Shown here piece by piece: positions 53,041 to 62,222 of a stretch of DNA of 64,000 bases; position 1 is the stretch's first letter; the number at the start of each line of letters is the position of its first letter. The position numbers were made by a program, and so were the translations under genes. Below the pieces are notes generated by a model. The model saw only the letters and a program-made list of their open reading frames with translations. It was not told the origin of the DNA and ran no database searches. Origin of the DNA: Polyangiaceae bacterium (GTDB lineage: Bacteria; Myxococcota_A; Polyangia; Polyangiales; Polyangiaceae); contig JAPSGB010000013.1 in NCBI GenBank assembly GCA_035063585.1, positions 32,001-96,000 on the forward strand. The letters run 5' to 3'.

Positions 53041-54717
53041 CTATCCGACGAGCGCTCGCAGGTGGCCCCAGATGACGTCCCAGCGCTTGTCGAGATCGTT
53101 CTTGAAGGCGAGCACCATGAGCCCGAGCAGGATCACCATCCCGATGAGGTGGGCGACCTCACGGACCCGAAGCGGCAGCGGGCGGCGGATGGCCGCCTCG
53201 ATGGCGAAGAACAAGAGGTGCCCACCGTCGAGGACCGGGATGGGGAGCAGGTTCAAGAGGCCGAGGTTGATGCTCACGAGCGCCATCACCCAGAGGAAGT
53301 AGGGCGTCCCCTTGCGCCCCTCCTCCCCGGCCACCTCGTAGATGGTGATGGGGCCGGAGAGTGATTTCAGGCTCACGCGCCCCTCGAGCACGCGCAAGAG
53401 GACGACCAGCGTGAAGCGCGTGACGTCCACGGTCTCGTCGTAGGCCTTGGCGAGCGCGTAGCGGATCGGAGACGGATGCGCCACGAGCTTCTCCGGCGCG
53501 AGCGGCATCCAGTGCTGTACGCGGAGCACGTAGCGCGCGAAGGTCTGCCCGGTCTCGTCGGTGAAGTCCTCCCGGCGCATCTGGAAGGTGCCCGAGTGCA
53601 CGCGCCCGTCGGTGGCGCGGAGATACTCGATGCCGTGCGGCTGGTTCGGCGCAGCCAGCACCTGCTCGCGGAACGTGGACCACGCCGGCATCGGGTCGTC
53701 GTCGAGCTTCAGGATCTTGTCGCCCGCGCGGAGCCCGGCCTTGTAGAGATAGGAGTCGGTCGGGACGTAGCCGGCGTAGAGGTCTGCGAGCTCCATGCCG
53801 GTACGCGCCGTGAAATCGGGCCCGCTCGGGTCGGGCGTGAGCGCGACCACGCCGGCTTCGTACACGGCCATGTCCGCCATGCCGCCCAGGGCGTCCGGCA
53901 TGCCGACCGGGCGAAGATACGTGATGGGGACCGTCTCGCCATGGTTGTCTTGGAGCGCGGCGACCAAGTCCATGTATCGATATACCGATTTCCCCGCGAC
54001 GTAGGTGACGACGTCGAAGGTGCGGAGCCCGGCCCGATAGGCCGGCGAGTCGGCGTCCGGGATGCCGATGACGGCGGCAGGCGCGCTCGGCTGGATCCCG
54101 ACCTCTCCGACGTACTCGACGATGTCGAGCTCGCCGTGCTTCGCCGTCTTCTCGGCGGTCACCTCCACGTCCAGGTAGCGATTGTCGCGAAACACCTTGA
54201 AGCGGAGGAGCTTCTCGGGGTTCCGCGCGATGATCCGCTTCACCTCGTCGAAGGTGCCGACGTCCTCACCGTTGACCTGCATGATCCGGTCGCCGGGCAG
54301 GAGCTTGCCGGCGGCGGGATGCCCGGGGAGCACCACCCCGACGGTGGGCGCGAGAAAGGGCCCGGTGCCCACGAACACCGAGAAGTAGAGGAGGAAGGGG
54401 AAGACGAGGTTCATCATCGGGCCTGCCAGCACGATGACGAGGCGCTTGTACACGGGCAGGGACTCGAAGGTGCGACGCCGATCCTCCGGCAGGACGATGT
54501 CCGTCTTGGACGCCTCCAGCATCTTCACGTAGCCGCCGAGCGGCAGGAGCGAGAGGCAGTATTCCGTCTCCCGACCGCGCAGGCGAAATAGCTTGGGGCC
54601 GAAACCCAAGCTGAAGGTGAGCACCTTGACGCCGAACGCCTTGGCGAAGAGGAAGTGCCCGAGCTCGTGGACGAATATGAGCGAGCTGATGAGGACGATG
54701 AAGTAGACGAGATCCAT
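53041..54717 (-). CDS. rseP: RIP metalloprotease RseP (multiple PDZ domains)
   Basis: HELGH, PLGGYVKM, AGPMMN, PDZ repeats and NLLPIPVLDGG. Confidence 0.94.
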   Translation of the reverse strand: MDLVYFIVLISSLIFVHELGHFLFAKAFGVKVLTFSLGFGPKLFRLRGRETEYCLSLLPLGGYVKMLEASKTDIVLPEDRRRTFESLPVYKRLVIVLAGPMMNLVFPFLLYFSVFVGTGPFLAPTVGVVLPGHPAAGKLLPGDRIMQVNGEDVGTFDEVKRIIARNPEKLLRFKVFRDNRYLDVEVTAEKTAKHGELDIVEYVGEVGIQPSAPAAVIGIPDADSPAYRAGLRTFDVVTYVAGKSVYRYMDLVAALQDNHGETVPITYLRPVGMPDALGGMADMAVYEAGVVALTPDPSGPDFTARTGMELADLYAGYVPTDSYLYKAGLRAGDKILKLDDDPMPAWSTFREQVLAAPNQPHGIEYLRATDGRVHSGTFQMRREDFTDETGQTFARYVLRVQHWMPLAPEKLVAHPSPIRYALAKAYDETVDVTRFTLVVLLRVLEGRVSLKSLSGPITIYEVAGEEGRKGTPYFLWVMALVSINLGLLNLLPIPVLDGGHLLFFAIEAAIRRPLPLRVREVAHLIGMVILLGLMVLAFKNDLDKRWDVIWGHLRALVG

Positions 54718-54778
54718 GCGTCGCGGCGACCGCGCGCGAGCGTAGCATGCGCGCCATTCTGCGTGTAGCGTACGCGCG

Positions 54779-55267
54779 ATGCCCGCTCGCCAGGAGAAGA
54801 CGGTCTCGGACTCGCGAATCATCATGCATCAACTGATGATGCCGGAGCACGCGAACGCGCTCGGTAACGTCCATGGCGGACACGTAATGAAGTTGGTCGA
54901 CGAGGCGGGCGGAATCGCCGCCATGCGCCACGCGCAGCGGCCGTGCGTCACGGTCGCGATGGACTCGATGACCTTTCGCTCTCCGGTGCACGTCGGCGAG
55001 CTCATGAGCTGCGAGGCGTTCGTGACGTTCGTCGGGCACTCGTCGGTCGAGGTGCACGTCATCGTGCGCGCCGAGAACCCGATCAGCGGAGCGACCACAC
55101 ATACCAACTCCGCCACGCTCGTCTACGTCGCGCTCGACGACGCGGGGCGTCCGTGCGGGGTGCCCCGACTCCGGCTCGAGCGGGAGGACGAGCGCCTTCG
55201 ATGGCGCGAAGCCGAGCGCCGCCAGGAGCAGCGGCTCGCGGAGACGCGACGAGGCTCATCCGGCTGA
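54779..55267 (+). CDS. Acyl-CoA thioesterase (hotdog fold, YciA-like)
   Basis: ANALGNVHGG..MKLVDE, VTV, GHSSVEV and YVALD motifs. Confidence 0.92.
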   Translation: MPARQEKTVSDSRIIMHQLMMPEHANALGNVHGGHVMKLVDEAGGIAAMRHAQRPCVTVAMDSMTFRSPVHVGELMSCEAFVTFVGHSSVEVHVIVRAENPISGATTHTNSATLVYVALDDAGRPCGVPRLRLEREDERLRWREAERRQEQRLAETRRGSSG

Positions 55268-55403
55268 CTCTTAAGGGCGCGAGGTCGCTAGGAGGGCGCG
55301 GCGTGGTATGGTCCCGCAACGCCTCGTGGAGCGGCTCGGCGGGCCCGCCGCCGAGCCCACGGTCGAGGCTGGCCGCTCGAGCCGAGCCGAGAAGGAGTCG
55401 AAG

Positions 55404-55841
55404 ATGACGAGCACACCCCCTGCTGAGTCTGGTTCTGTGCTGGTGCCCTGGGAGCGCATCGTGGCCGACGTAGCCGATGCGCTCATCTTCATCGACGTCG
55501 AAGGGCTCATTCGAGCGTGGAACGCGCAGGCCGAGGCCGTGTTCGGGTTCGACGCCAGTGAGGCGCTGGGGCAGAGCGTCGATCTCATCATCCCGGAACA
55601 TCTCCGCGCCGCGCACTGGGCGGGCTTTCGCCGCGCCATGGAACGCGGGCGGACCAGCCGCGGCGCCGAGGTGCGCACCACGCGCGGAATCCACAAGGAA
55701 GGCCGCAAGCTCTATGTGGACATGAGCTTCTCGGTGGTGAAATCGACGGGCGGTGAGGTGCTCGGGTCGGCCGCGATGGCGCGCGACGTGACCGAGCGCT
55801 ACCTCGCCGAGAAGGCGCGCCGCGCCAGCGCGAGCACGTGA
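55404..55841 (+). CDS. Stand-alone PAS domain protein
   Basis: DALIFIDVEG.I..WNAQAEAVFG..EALGQSVDLIIPE.LR..H. AAGGAG SD. Confidence 0.88.
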   Translation: MTSTPPAESGSVLVPWERIVADVADALIFIDVEGLIRAWNAQAEAVFGFDASEALGQSVDLIIPEHLRAAHWAGFRRAMERGRTSRGAEVRTTRGIHKEGRKLYVDMSFSVVKSTGGEVLGSAAMARDVTERYLAEKARRASAST

Positions 55842-55911
55842 CACGGGCGCCCAGCGTGGCGTCGCGGCCTCCGAGCGGGTAAGCTCGAGCCTTCACACGC
55901 TCGGAGGAACC

Positions 55912-56919
55912 ATGATGCGTCAGCAATGGCGGTGGGGACGCGCGATGACGGGGCTCTCGCTCGCGGTGGCGCTCGCGGCCTGCGGCTCGGGCGAGGGGGG
56001 CTCTGCAGACAACGCGGACGCGGGGAACGGCTCCGGCGGAACGGGGGGCGGGATCTCGCTCGACGACGGCGGGACGGGCGGGGGCGAGCGGCCTCCGCCG
56101 GGCCCGTATCAGCTCCCGGACGGCTTCACGGAGAGTGAGTTCGGGGGATACCTGCTCGGTGACGCCTTCGTCGGGGACACGCCGCCCGCAATCGACGGCG
56201 GCGCCGGCGGCACGGACGGATGCGGCTCGACGATCCTCGGCGTCGTACGCGACTTCAAGGGCGACGACGAGCCGGGCGGGCACTCGGACTTCGAGCACTA
56301 TAGCGGGAGCGATCCGACCCTCGGTCTCGCGCAGGCTGGCCTCGGTGCCGATCTGAAGCCCGTCTACACCGGCAGCTGCGAGGCGAGCCTCATCGGCTCG
56401 TGCCCATACGGGCAGCAGACCACGAGCAAGGCCGATTTCGATGAATGGTACCGCTACGCGGCCGGGGTGAATCGACCCTACCTCGTGTACTTGTCGCTCG
56501 AGCCCAACGGCGACGTGCTCACCTTCCAGAGCGATACCTTCTTTCCGCTCGACGGCGCCGGCTGGGGCGACTCGCACGACGGGGAGGACGGGCTACCTCA
56601 TAATTTCGGTTTCACGACCGAGGTCCACACGCAGTTCAAGTACGCGGGGGGCGAGCACTTCACCTTCGTCGGCGACGACGACGTGTGGGTGTTCATCAAC
56701 GACCGGCTCGCGGTCGATCTTGGCGGCCTGCATCCCTCGGCAACCGGCTCGGTGGACCTCGACTCCAAGGCGAGCGAGCTCGGCATCACCAAGGGCAAGG
56801 TCTATCGGCTCGACCTCTTCCACGCCGAACGTCACTCGACGGCTTCGCATTTTCGCATCGACACGAACCTCGAGTTCACCAACTGCGGCACCGTAGTCCC
56901 CGAGCCGCCGCCTTCCTGA
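55912..56919 (+). CDS. Fibro-slime (PA14-related) domain lipoprotein
   Basis: Lipobox LAAC. RDF..HSDFE, FFPLD, HNFGFTTE, FVGDDDVWVFIN, DLGGLH and FHAER. Confidence 0.9.
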   Translation: MMRQQWRWGRAMTGLSLAVALAACGSGEGGSADNADAGNGSGGTGGGISLDDGGTGGGERPPPGPYQLPDGFTESEFGGYLLGDAFVGDTPPAIDGGAGGTDGCGSTILGVVRDFKGDDEPGGHSDFEHYSGSDPTLGLAQAGLGADLKPVYTGSCEASLIGSCPYGQQTTSKADFDEWYRYAAGVNRPYLVYLSLEPNGDVLTFQSDTFFPLDGAGWGDSHDGEDGLPHNFGFTTEVHTQFKYAGGEHFTFVGDDDVWVFINDRLAVDLGGLHPSATGSVDLDSKASELGITKGKVYRLDLFHAERHSTASHFRIDTNLEFTNCGTVVPEPPPS

Positions 56920-56973
56920 GCATCTCCTCGACAAGCTCGCGCGCGGCGCACGAGGCCACGGGTCCGAGTCAGC

Positions 56974-58329
56974 TCAAGGGCAAGAGGTCGCCTGCGCTCG
57001 CTCGAGCGCGCCGCGGATTTGCTGCTGAGCGTCAGGAGCCGACGGCGAGACGAATATGGCTTTGCCCGTCCCTCCGGCTTGCGCGATGCGATCGAAATCG
57101 ATGACGAGGTCTCCGAGGTTCACGAACCAGGTGCGGATCGACGGCGTGCCGGCCAGGCCGCTCGCCGCTTCGGCGGCGAGCCCGGTGGCGTCGTTGCTCG
57201 TGCATCCGTTCGGATCGCCATCGGTGATGAACACGACGGCCCCCGTGTGACCGGCCCGTGCGGCGACGTAGCCGCGCGTGTACGCGAGCACGCCCTTCAG
57301 CGCCGGAACGAGCGGACTGCCTCCGGTGGCCACTTGGGAGTCTACCACCTGGGCGATCGACGACCCCACCGCTGGCATGCCCGCGAACGCGACCGCAGGC
57401 GCTTGGTAGTCGGCAACCGAGCAGGAGTCCCCCGAACCCAGGCACATGTTGACGAAACACGGCGCGAAAACGCCGCAGTCTGTGTCCGTCACGCACGTCG
57501 AGGGAGGCAAGGTGCTCGGGATGAAGGGCATGAGTTGCAGCGCCGCGGACGCGCCCGTCGCGGTCGCGGTGAACTGCTTCACTGCACCGCTCGCGCTCTG
57601 CCACTTGTTGAGGTCCGCCATCGAGCCCGAGTGATCGAGCAGGATCATCAGGTCGAGCGGGCCGGTGCATGATGAGCCACCCGAGCCGCCCGAGCCACCC
57701 GAGCCACCCGAGCCACCCGAGCCGCCCGAGCCGCCCGAGCCGCCCGAGCCGCCCGAGCCGCCCGAGCCGCTGACGCCGCCCGAACCGCTGACGCCGCCCG
57801 AACCGCTGACGCCGCCCGAACCGCTGACGCCGCCCGAGCCGCTGACGCCGCCCGAGCCGCTGACGCCGCCCGAACCGCTGACGCCGCCCGAGCCGCTGAC
57901 GCCGCCCGAGCCGGCAGCGCCCGCCGAGCCGCCCGTCCCACTGGTTCCGCCGGTCCCCCCGTTCGCGGGCTTGGCGCACCAGCGGTTCAAGGGATCGCAG
58001 AGCATGCCCGCCGGGGTGCAGTCCTTGTCGGAGCGACACGGAGTCCGGCACTCGTCATCGCCGCAGCGCTCGCCGTCTGGGCAATCGTTGTCTCCGACGC
58101 ACTCGACGCACAGGTGCCGGCTCGGATCGCAGACGTCGTCGCCCCCGCAATCCAAGGAGTTCTGGCAAGCGGTGACGGTCGCTCCGCCCACACCGGCTGC
58201 GCCGCCGCCGTCCGCCCCGAGGAGGAGATCGCTGCTAGTCTCGCCGCACGCTGCCAAGACCACGAGCACGCCGCTCGCCAACACCCAACTGCTCTTCTTC
58301 CACACGGTGACCTCGTTCGCTACGGCCAT
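56974..58329 (-). CDS. vWA-domain lipoprotein with Cys-rich N-terminus and Gly/Ser linker
   Basis: Lipobox LAAC. MIDAS-like LDHSGSM and ITDG. Cys repeats. Confidence 0.85.
   Translation of the reverse strand: MAVANEVTVWKKSSWVLASGVLVVLAACGETSSDLLLGADGGGAAGVGGATVTACQNSLDCGGDDVCDPSRHLCVECVGDNDCPDGERCGDDECRTPCRSDKDCTPAGMLCDPLNRWCAKPANGGTGGTSGTGGSAGAAGSGGVSGSGGVSGSGGVSGSGGVSGSGGVSGSGGVSGSGGVSGSGGVSGSGGSGGSGGSGGSGGSGGSGGSGGSGGSGGSSCTGPLDLMILLDHSGSMADLNKWQSASGAVKQFTATATGASAALQLMPFIPSTLPPSTCVTDTDCGVFAPCFVNMCLGSGDSCSVADYQAPAVAFAGMPAVGSSIAQVVDSQVATGGSPLVPALKGVLAYTRGYVAARAGHTGAVVFITDGDPNGCTSNDATGLAAEAASGLAGTPSIRTWFVNLGDLVIDFDRIAQAGGTGKAIFVSPSAPDAQQQIRGALERAQATSCP
57674..57907 (-). repeat. Coding tandem repeats: 8 x 18 bp (GSGGVS) plus 10 x 9 bp (GGS)
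   Basis: 9-bp units at 57674-57763 and 18-bp units at 57764-57907. Confidence 0.95.
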
Positions 58330-58418
58330 GGCTCCCTCGAGCACCCTCGAGCTCCGCCCGCGAAGCCGAGCGTAGCAGTTCCCAGCGCCAGGCCGGCACC
58401 CCATCTGCGGCGCGCGCC

Positions 58419-60098
58419 TCAACCCTGATAGACCTCATCCTGTTCGATGCGGCTGAGCACCCAGTCGAACTCCCCTCTCGTGAGCGTGGCCCGGCAGTAC
58501 CCGCACTCACCGGCTGCGTCGAGAGCAAGGGCCGCGCCGCACGACGGGCAGACGGGCTCGGTCCGGGCAGGGCCCTTCGCCCCGGTGCCTCGAATGAACG
58601 TCCAGTACTCGGTATACGCTCGGGGAGCGCTGCGGCTTCCTCCGACGATCGCCCGGTCGGCGTCCCGGACCGTGTAATCGAGGCTCGATGCGTAGATGCG
58701 CACGGTGATCGCATCGTAGAAGTGATCGCTCGTCACCCGCACCAGCTCGATCCGGGAAATCGTGGCGTTCTCGGTGATGTTGCGGAGGCCGGAGCGACGG
58801 TACGCCTCGATCCAGTAGGTCTGGGCTCGCCAGAGGTTGTCGCTCAAGAACGGTCGCACGAGCGGCCAGTCGAGCGACGACCACGCGACTTGCATGGTGC
58901 GGAACACGAGCTCCACGCGAGCGAGGAAGGCGCGGTCGTCGAAGCTGGGATCCCGCTCGCGAAGCGCCGCGCTCATCGCGCCGAGGCGCGGATCCAGCAG
59001 GGTCGGGAGCGCGGTGCCGGTCTCTTCGGCGGTCCCCGTGAGGCTCGGCGGGCGCTCCTCGCGTGCGACCAGCCCGATCGAGGTGACGACCCAGTCGAAG
59101 GCCCCGGTATTGACCGTCTGCTGACAATATCGACAGGTGGCTCCGACGAGCTGGTCGGCGGGCGCTCCGCAGTTCGGGCAGTCGAACGCGCGCACGCGCT
59201 CGGGCGGGCGGCTGCGCGCGCTCACGGCGCGCGTCAGCTCCCAGAGCTCCCGCGACCAGTAGCTCCGAGGCCGACCGCCGGGTGGTGCTTCGGTGTAATT
59301 GGCTTCGATCGAGAGCACGACTCGGACCGTACCGTCGGTGAGGCTCACGGCCGTGTAGCCGAGAGCGCCGACGACGACGTCGCTCACGGGGACCATCCCC
59401 GTCGCCTCGAGGGCCTGCAAGGCGCTCGGTCCGAGCCACGGCGAGAAGCGCGCCAGCTGCCCCCTCCCGCGAGCCACCTCTAGCTCGGTGTACAAGGAGT
59501 AGACGAAATCCTCGAACGATACCACGGAGAAGCCGGGGTCGGCGCGCTCGAGCGCCTCCAGGCTCTGCCGCGAGCCGGCGCTGCGAGGCTCGCTGGCGGC
59601 GGTCATCGCGCGCGCCGTCGACCAGCCGCGCGAGAGGCGCGCGAGTCGCACGAAGAGGAAGACGGCGAGCGCCAGGAACGCGGAGAACACCGCCCCGATC
59701 CCGATGAGCAGCGCGAGCCCGACCAGCGTCGCCTCGCGCTCATCGGCACCGGTCACGCGCGTCCGTTCCGGTCGCGCGGGTCGCGGCCCGTACGGGGACG
59801 GCGCGCCCGGCGTCCAACGGGCGGCCCGGCTGGCCGCGTCTCCGACCCGCGTCGTGACGGTGGGGATGGGTTTGGGTTTCGGCGGCGCGCTGGGGCTCGA
59901 ACCGCGAGCATCCGAGGAAGAACCAGTCGAGTCCGAGGAAGACCAACTCGAGCCCGACGAGGACCTGTGCGAGCCAGAGGAATCGCCGCTCGACGAGCCC
60001 GAGCTGAAGGTGCTCCCGCCGCCCGGGCGCGCGAGCGCGCTCGCGGGCGCACTGGCGAGCGCGACCGCGATGACGACCCGGGCAGCGCGCCGGCTCAT
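58419..60098 (-). CDS. Tim44-like domain membrane protein with two Zn ribbons
   Basis: Signal + RPGGG, one TM helix, two DPxF-initiated Tim44-like domains, each followed by CPxC..CxYC. TEYWTFIR. Confidence 0.8.
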   Translation of the reverse strand: MSRRAARVVIAVALASAPASALARPGGGSTFSSGSSSGDSSGSHRSSSGSSWSSSDSTGSSSDARGSSPSAPPKPKPIPTVTTRVGDAASRAARWTPGAPSPYGPRPARPERTRVTGADEREATLVGLALLIGIGAVFSAFLALAVFLFVRLARLSRGWSTARAMTAASEPRSAGSRQSLEALERADPGFSVVSFEDFVYSLYTELEVARGRGQLARFSPWLGPSALQALEATGMVPVSDVVVGALGYTAVSLTDGTVRVVLSIEANYTEAPPGGRPRSYWSRELWELTRAVSARSRPPERVRAFDCPNCGAPADQLVGATCRYCQQTVNTGAFDWVVTSIGLVAREERPPSLTGTAEETGTALPTLLDPRLGAMSAALRERDPSFDDRAFLARVELVFRTMQVAWSSLDWPLVRPFLSDNLWRAQTYWIEAYRRSGLRNITENATISRIELVRVTSDHFYDAITVRIYASSLDYTVRDADRAIVGGSRSAPRAYTEYWTFIRGTGAKGPARTEPVCPSCGAALALDAAGECGYCRATLTRGEFDWVLSRIEQDEVYQG

Positions 60099-60721
60099 GA
60101 CACCACGGCGTCCGGTAGCTCGTTGACGTCGTCCGCGGCGTGCGGACGAACGGGCGCGAGGGCGTCGCCGAGCGCGCTCAGCCCTCGCACCAGCTCCTCG
60201 AGCCCGCCGCTCCGAAGCGCGCCGCGAATCGTGGCGACGGCGCGGGCGCCACCGTCGCCGAGCGTCGCGAGGTCGAGCCCGACGTCGAAGACGACCTCGA
60301 GCTCTCGCTCGAAGAGCGACGCGTAGATGAGGATGCCGGTGCGGCCGCGAGTGCGAGTGATGCGCTGGTCGTGAAACTCGGTGAGCGCCGCGCGGCGGAC
60401 GTTTCGACGCAGCGTCGCGCGTCGCAGGAGGAGCCGCCGGAGCGGCCAGAATTGCGAAGAGAGGAAGACCGAGACGAGGAAGAGGGCGAGGAGCGCCGGA
60501 GGCATCGGGTCATCGGCGAAGACCACCGGGAAGTAGACGTAAACGACGAGCGCGACGAAACACATCGCGCTCGCGAACGTGAGGTCCGCGGCGCGATAAT
60601 CACCCGAGGAGCGCCGAACCGTCACCACGACCTCCGCGGCACACTTCTGTTCGAGCTCGGCGACGGCCCGCTCCACGCGCGCCTGAGCCTCCTGCTCGAG
60701 CCAGCTTCGGAGACTCGTCAT
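60095..60721 (-). CDS. TPM domain-containing membrane protein
   Basis: AVAELE..AEVVV, TRGRTGILIYASLFER and DVNELPDAV. ATGA coupling. Confidence 0.82.
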   Translation of the reverse strand: MTSLRSWLEQEAQARVERAVAELEQKCAAEVVVTVRRSSGDYRAADLTFASAMCFVALVVYVYFPVVFADDPMPPALLALFLVSVFLSSQFWPLRRLLLRRATLRRNVRRAALTEFHDQRITRTRGRTGILIYASLFERELEVVFDVGLDLATLGDGGARAVATIRGALRSGGLEELVRGLSALGDALAPVRPHAADDVNELPDAVVS

Positions 60722-60729
60722 GCACTCCC

Positions 60730-61467
60730 TCAGGGGATCACGGTGACGCCGCGGAGGTTCTTCTCCGCGGCCTCCTTCAAGGCCGCCGCGACCCCGCCCA
60801 CGAGGTCACTCTCGAGCTCGGCTTCACTCGGTAGCATCGGAAACGACTCGCGCGAGGTGGCCTGAAACCGCGTCGCCCCGAGCAGCTCGGCGGACGCGAG
60901 CGAGTAGACGAGGAGCTCACCCGCCACGAGCCCGCCGTCGAAGTCGTAGCGCCGGCGCTCCGTATCCGCGGTGGACGCCGGGCGCGGCGCGCCCGGGCGC
61001 AGGAAGGTGTCCGTGCGGATGACGAAGAGGTAATGGAGCCGCTCGCAGGCGTCATAGAGCTGCGCGGCTTCATTGCCGAAGACCGCGCGCGGCTGCGTCG
61101 CCGGGCTCGCTGGGTCCCAGGGTCGCCGCTCGGTGTGCGCCGCGGCCGCGCAGCGTGACACCAAGCTCCCGCCCGGGAGCCTCGCGTACACGAGCCCGAG
61201 CTCGTCGAAATCCTCGAAGTCCTCCGCGTAGATGAAGGCCGCGTTCCCGCTACGGGCGGGCTGAGTGAGCGGGAGCGACGCGTGGAGCGTGCCGGGCTCG
61301 GGCCTGGCCGGGTATGGCGCCCGAGCCACCGCCGCGCCCACCGCCTTCGCACGCCTGAGCACCTGCTCGATCCTGGCACCGCGCTCGCGGTTCACTTCGT
61401 CGACGGTAGGACCGCACGCGATCACGACGGCGGCGATCCACGGCAGCAGGTAGGCGAGCTGACTCAT
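60730..61467 (-). CDS. Hypothetical lipoprotein
   Basis: Lipobox VIAC. 8-nt gap to the TPM gene. Confidence 0.7.
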   Translation of the reverse strand: MSQLAYLLPWIAAVVIACGPTVDEVNRERGARIEQVLRRAKAVGAAVARAPYPARPEPGTLHASLPLTQPARSGNAAFIYAEDFEDFDELGLVYARLPGGSLVSRCAAAAHTERRPWDPASPATQPRAVFGNEAAQLYDACERLHYLFVIRTDTFLRPGAPRPASTADTERRRYDFDGGLVAGELLVYSLASAELLGATRFQATSRESFPMLPSEAELESDLVGGVAAALKEAAEKNLRGVTVIP

Positions 61468-61710
61468 GCGCCGCGGCCCGCGCGCGCACCGCGACGCTGA
61501 ACGCTCGCCGCGGGCTCACCTGCTGGAAACCACATCGTGCGTCTCGCACACTAGCACGCGGCAGGTCGACTCGGATCCGAGCGCCGGGGCGGGCGCGAGA
61601 GTGTCGTCCACCTGCGCCCACGTCGCGCAGGAGCCCTCCGGGGGTTGGGTGTCGGACCGGCGCGGGACCGCTGCGCGCAGGCTTTGCGCGGTGGGCGGCT
61701 CGCGAGCAGC

Positions 61711-61727
61711 TGCGACAAAGTACCGCA
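61711..61727. promoter_or_regulatory. Putative RegA/RegR/PrrA-type binding box
   Basis: tGCGAC-aaagt-ACCGCa is one mismatch from GCGRC-N5-GYCGC. A RegB-like kinase lies downstream. Confidence 0.5.
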
Positions 61728-61768
61728 TCGCACGGCGCCCGTCGCGACATCAGACTCGGCTCACCCAC

Positions 61769-62194
61769 ATGACCATCACCAGACTGTCCGCTGCGCTCGG
61801 GTTTCTGCTCGCTCTCGGCTCCACCGCCTGTGGCGGGAGCGAACACGCCTCCGAGGGCGTGGACGCCTCGGACGCCCTGAAATCCCAGTCCGGCGCGTAT
61901 CTCGTCCGCTACACACCCATCCCGGATCCGCCGGTGACCGGCAAGAACCAGCTCACGCTGGAGCTCACGCGGGCCAAGGGAGGCGCGGTCGACGACGCCA
62001 CGCTCGAGGTCACGCCGTGGATGCCGGCCATGGGCCACGGCTCGCCAGTCCAACCGACCGTGCAGAACCTCGGGAGCGGGAGATATTCGGTCGACGACCT
62101 CGGCTACACCATGCCCGGCCGCTGGGAGGTGCAAGTCGCGCTCACCGACGCCCGCGTCGTCGACCAGGTCGTGATCGAGCTCGATGTGCGCTAG
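61769..62194 (+). CDS. YtkA/FixH-like lipoprotein
   Basis: Lipobox STAC. PWMPAMGHG, GRYS and TMPGRWEV motifs. Confidence 0.82.
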   Translation: MTITRLSAALGFLLALGSTACGGSEHASEGVDASDALKSQSGAYLVRYTPIPDPPVTGKNQLTLELTRAKGGAVDDATLEVTPWMPAMGHGSPVQPTVQNLGSGRYSVDDLGYTMPGRWEVQVALTDARVVDQVVIELDVR

Positions 62195-62222
62195 TCGAGC
62201 GCCAGTCGCGCTCGCTCGGGTG

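Noticed and set aside
57674..57907. Repeat array as CRISPR, or the + strand (EPP/EPLTPP)n ORF 57665-58375 as a real gene
   Set aside because: No spacers. It is the antisense shadow of the Gly/Ser linker in the vWA lipoprotein.
61480..61768. Cobalamin or other known riboswitch in the 300-bp divergent gap
   Set aside because: No B12-box or other consensus recognised. Only generic GC stems.
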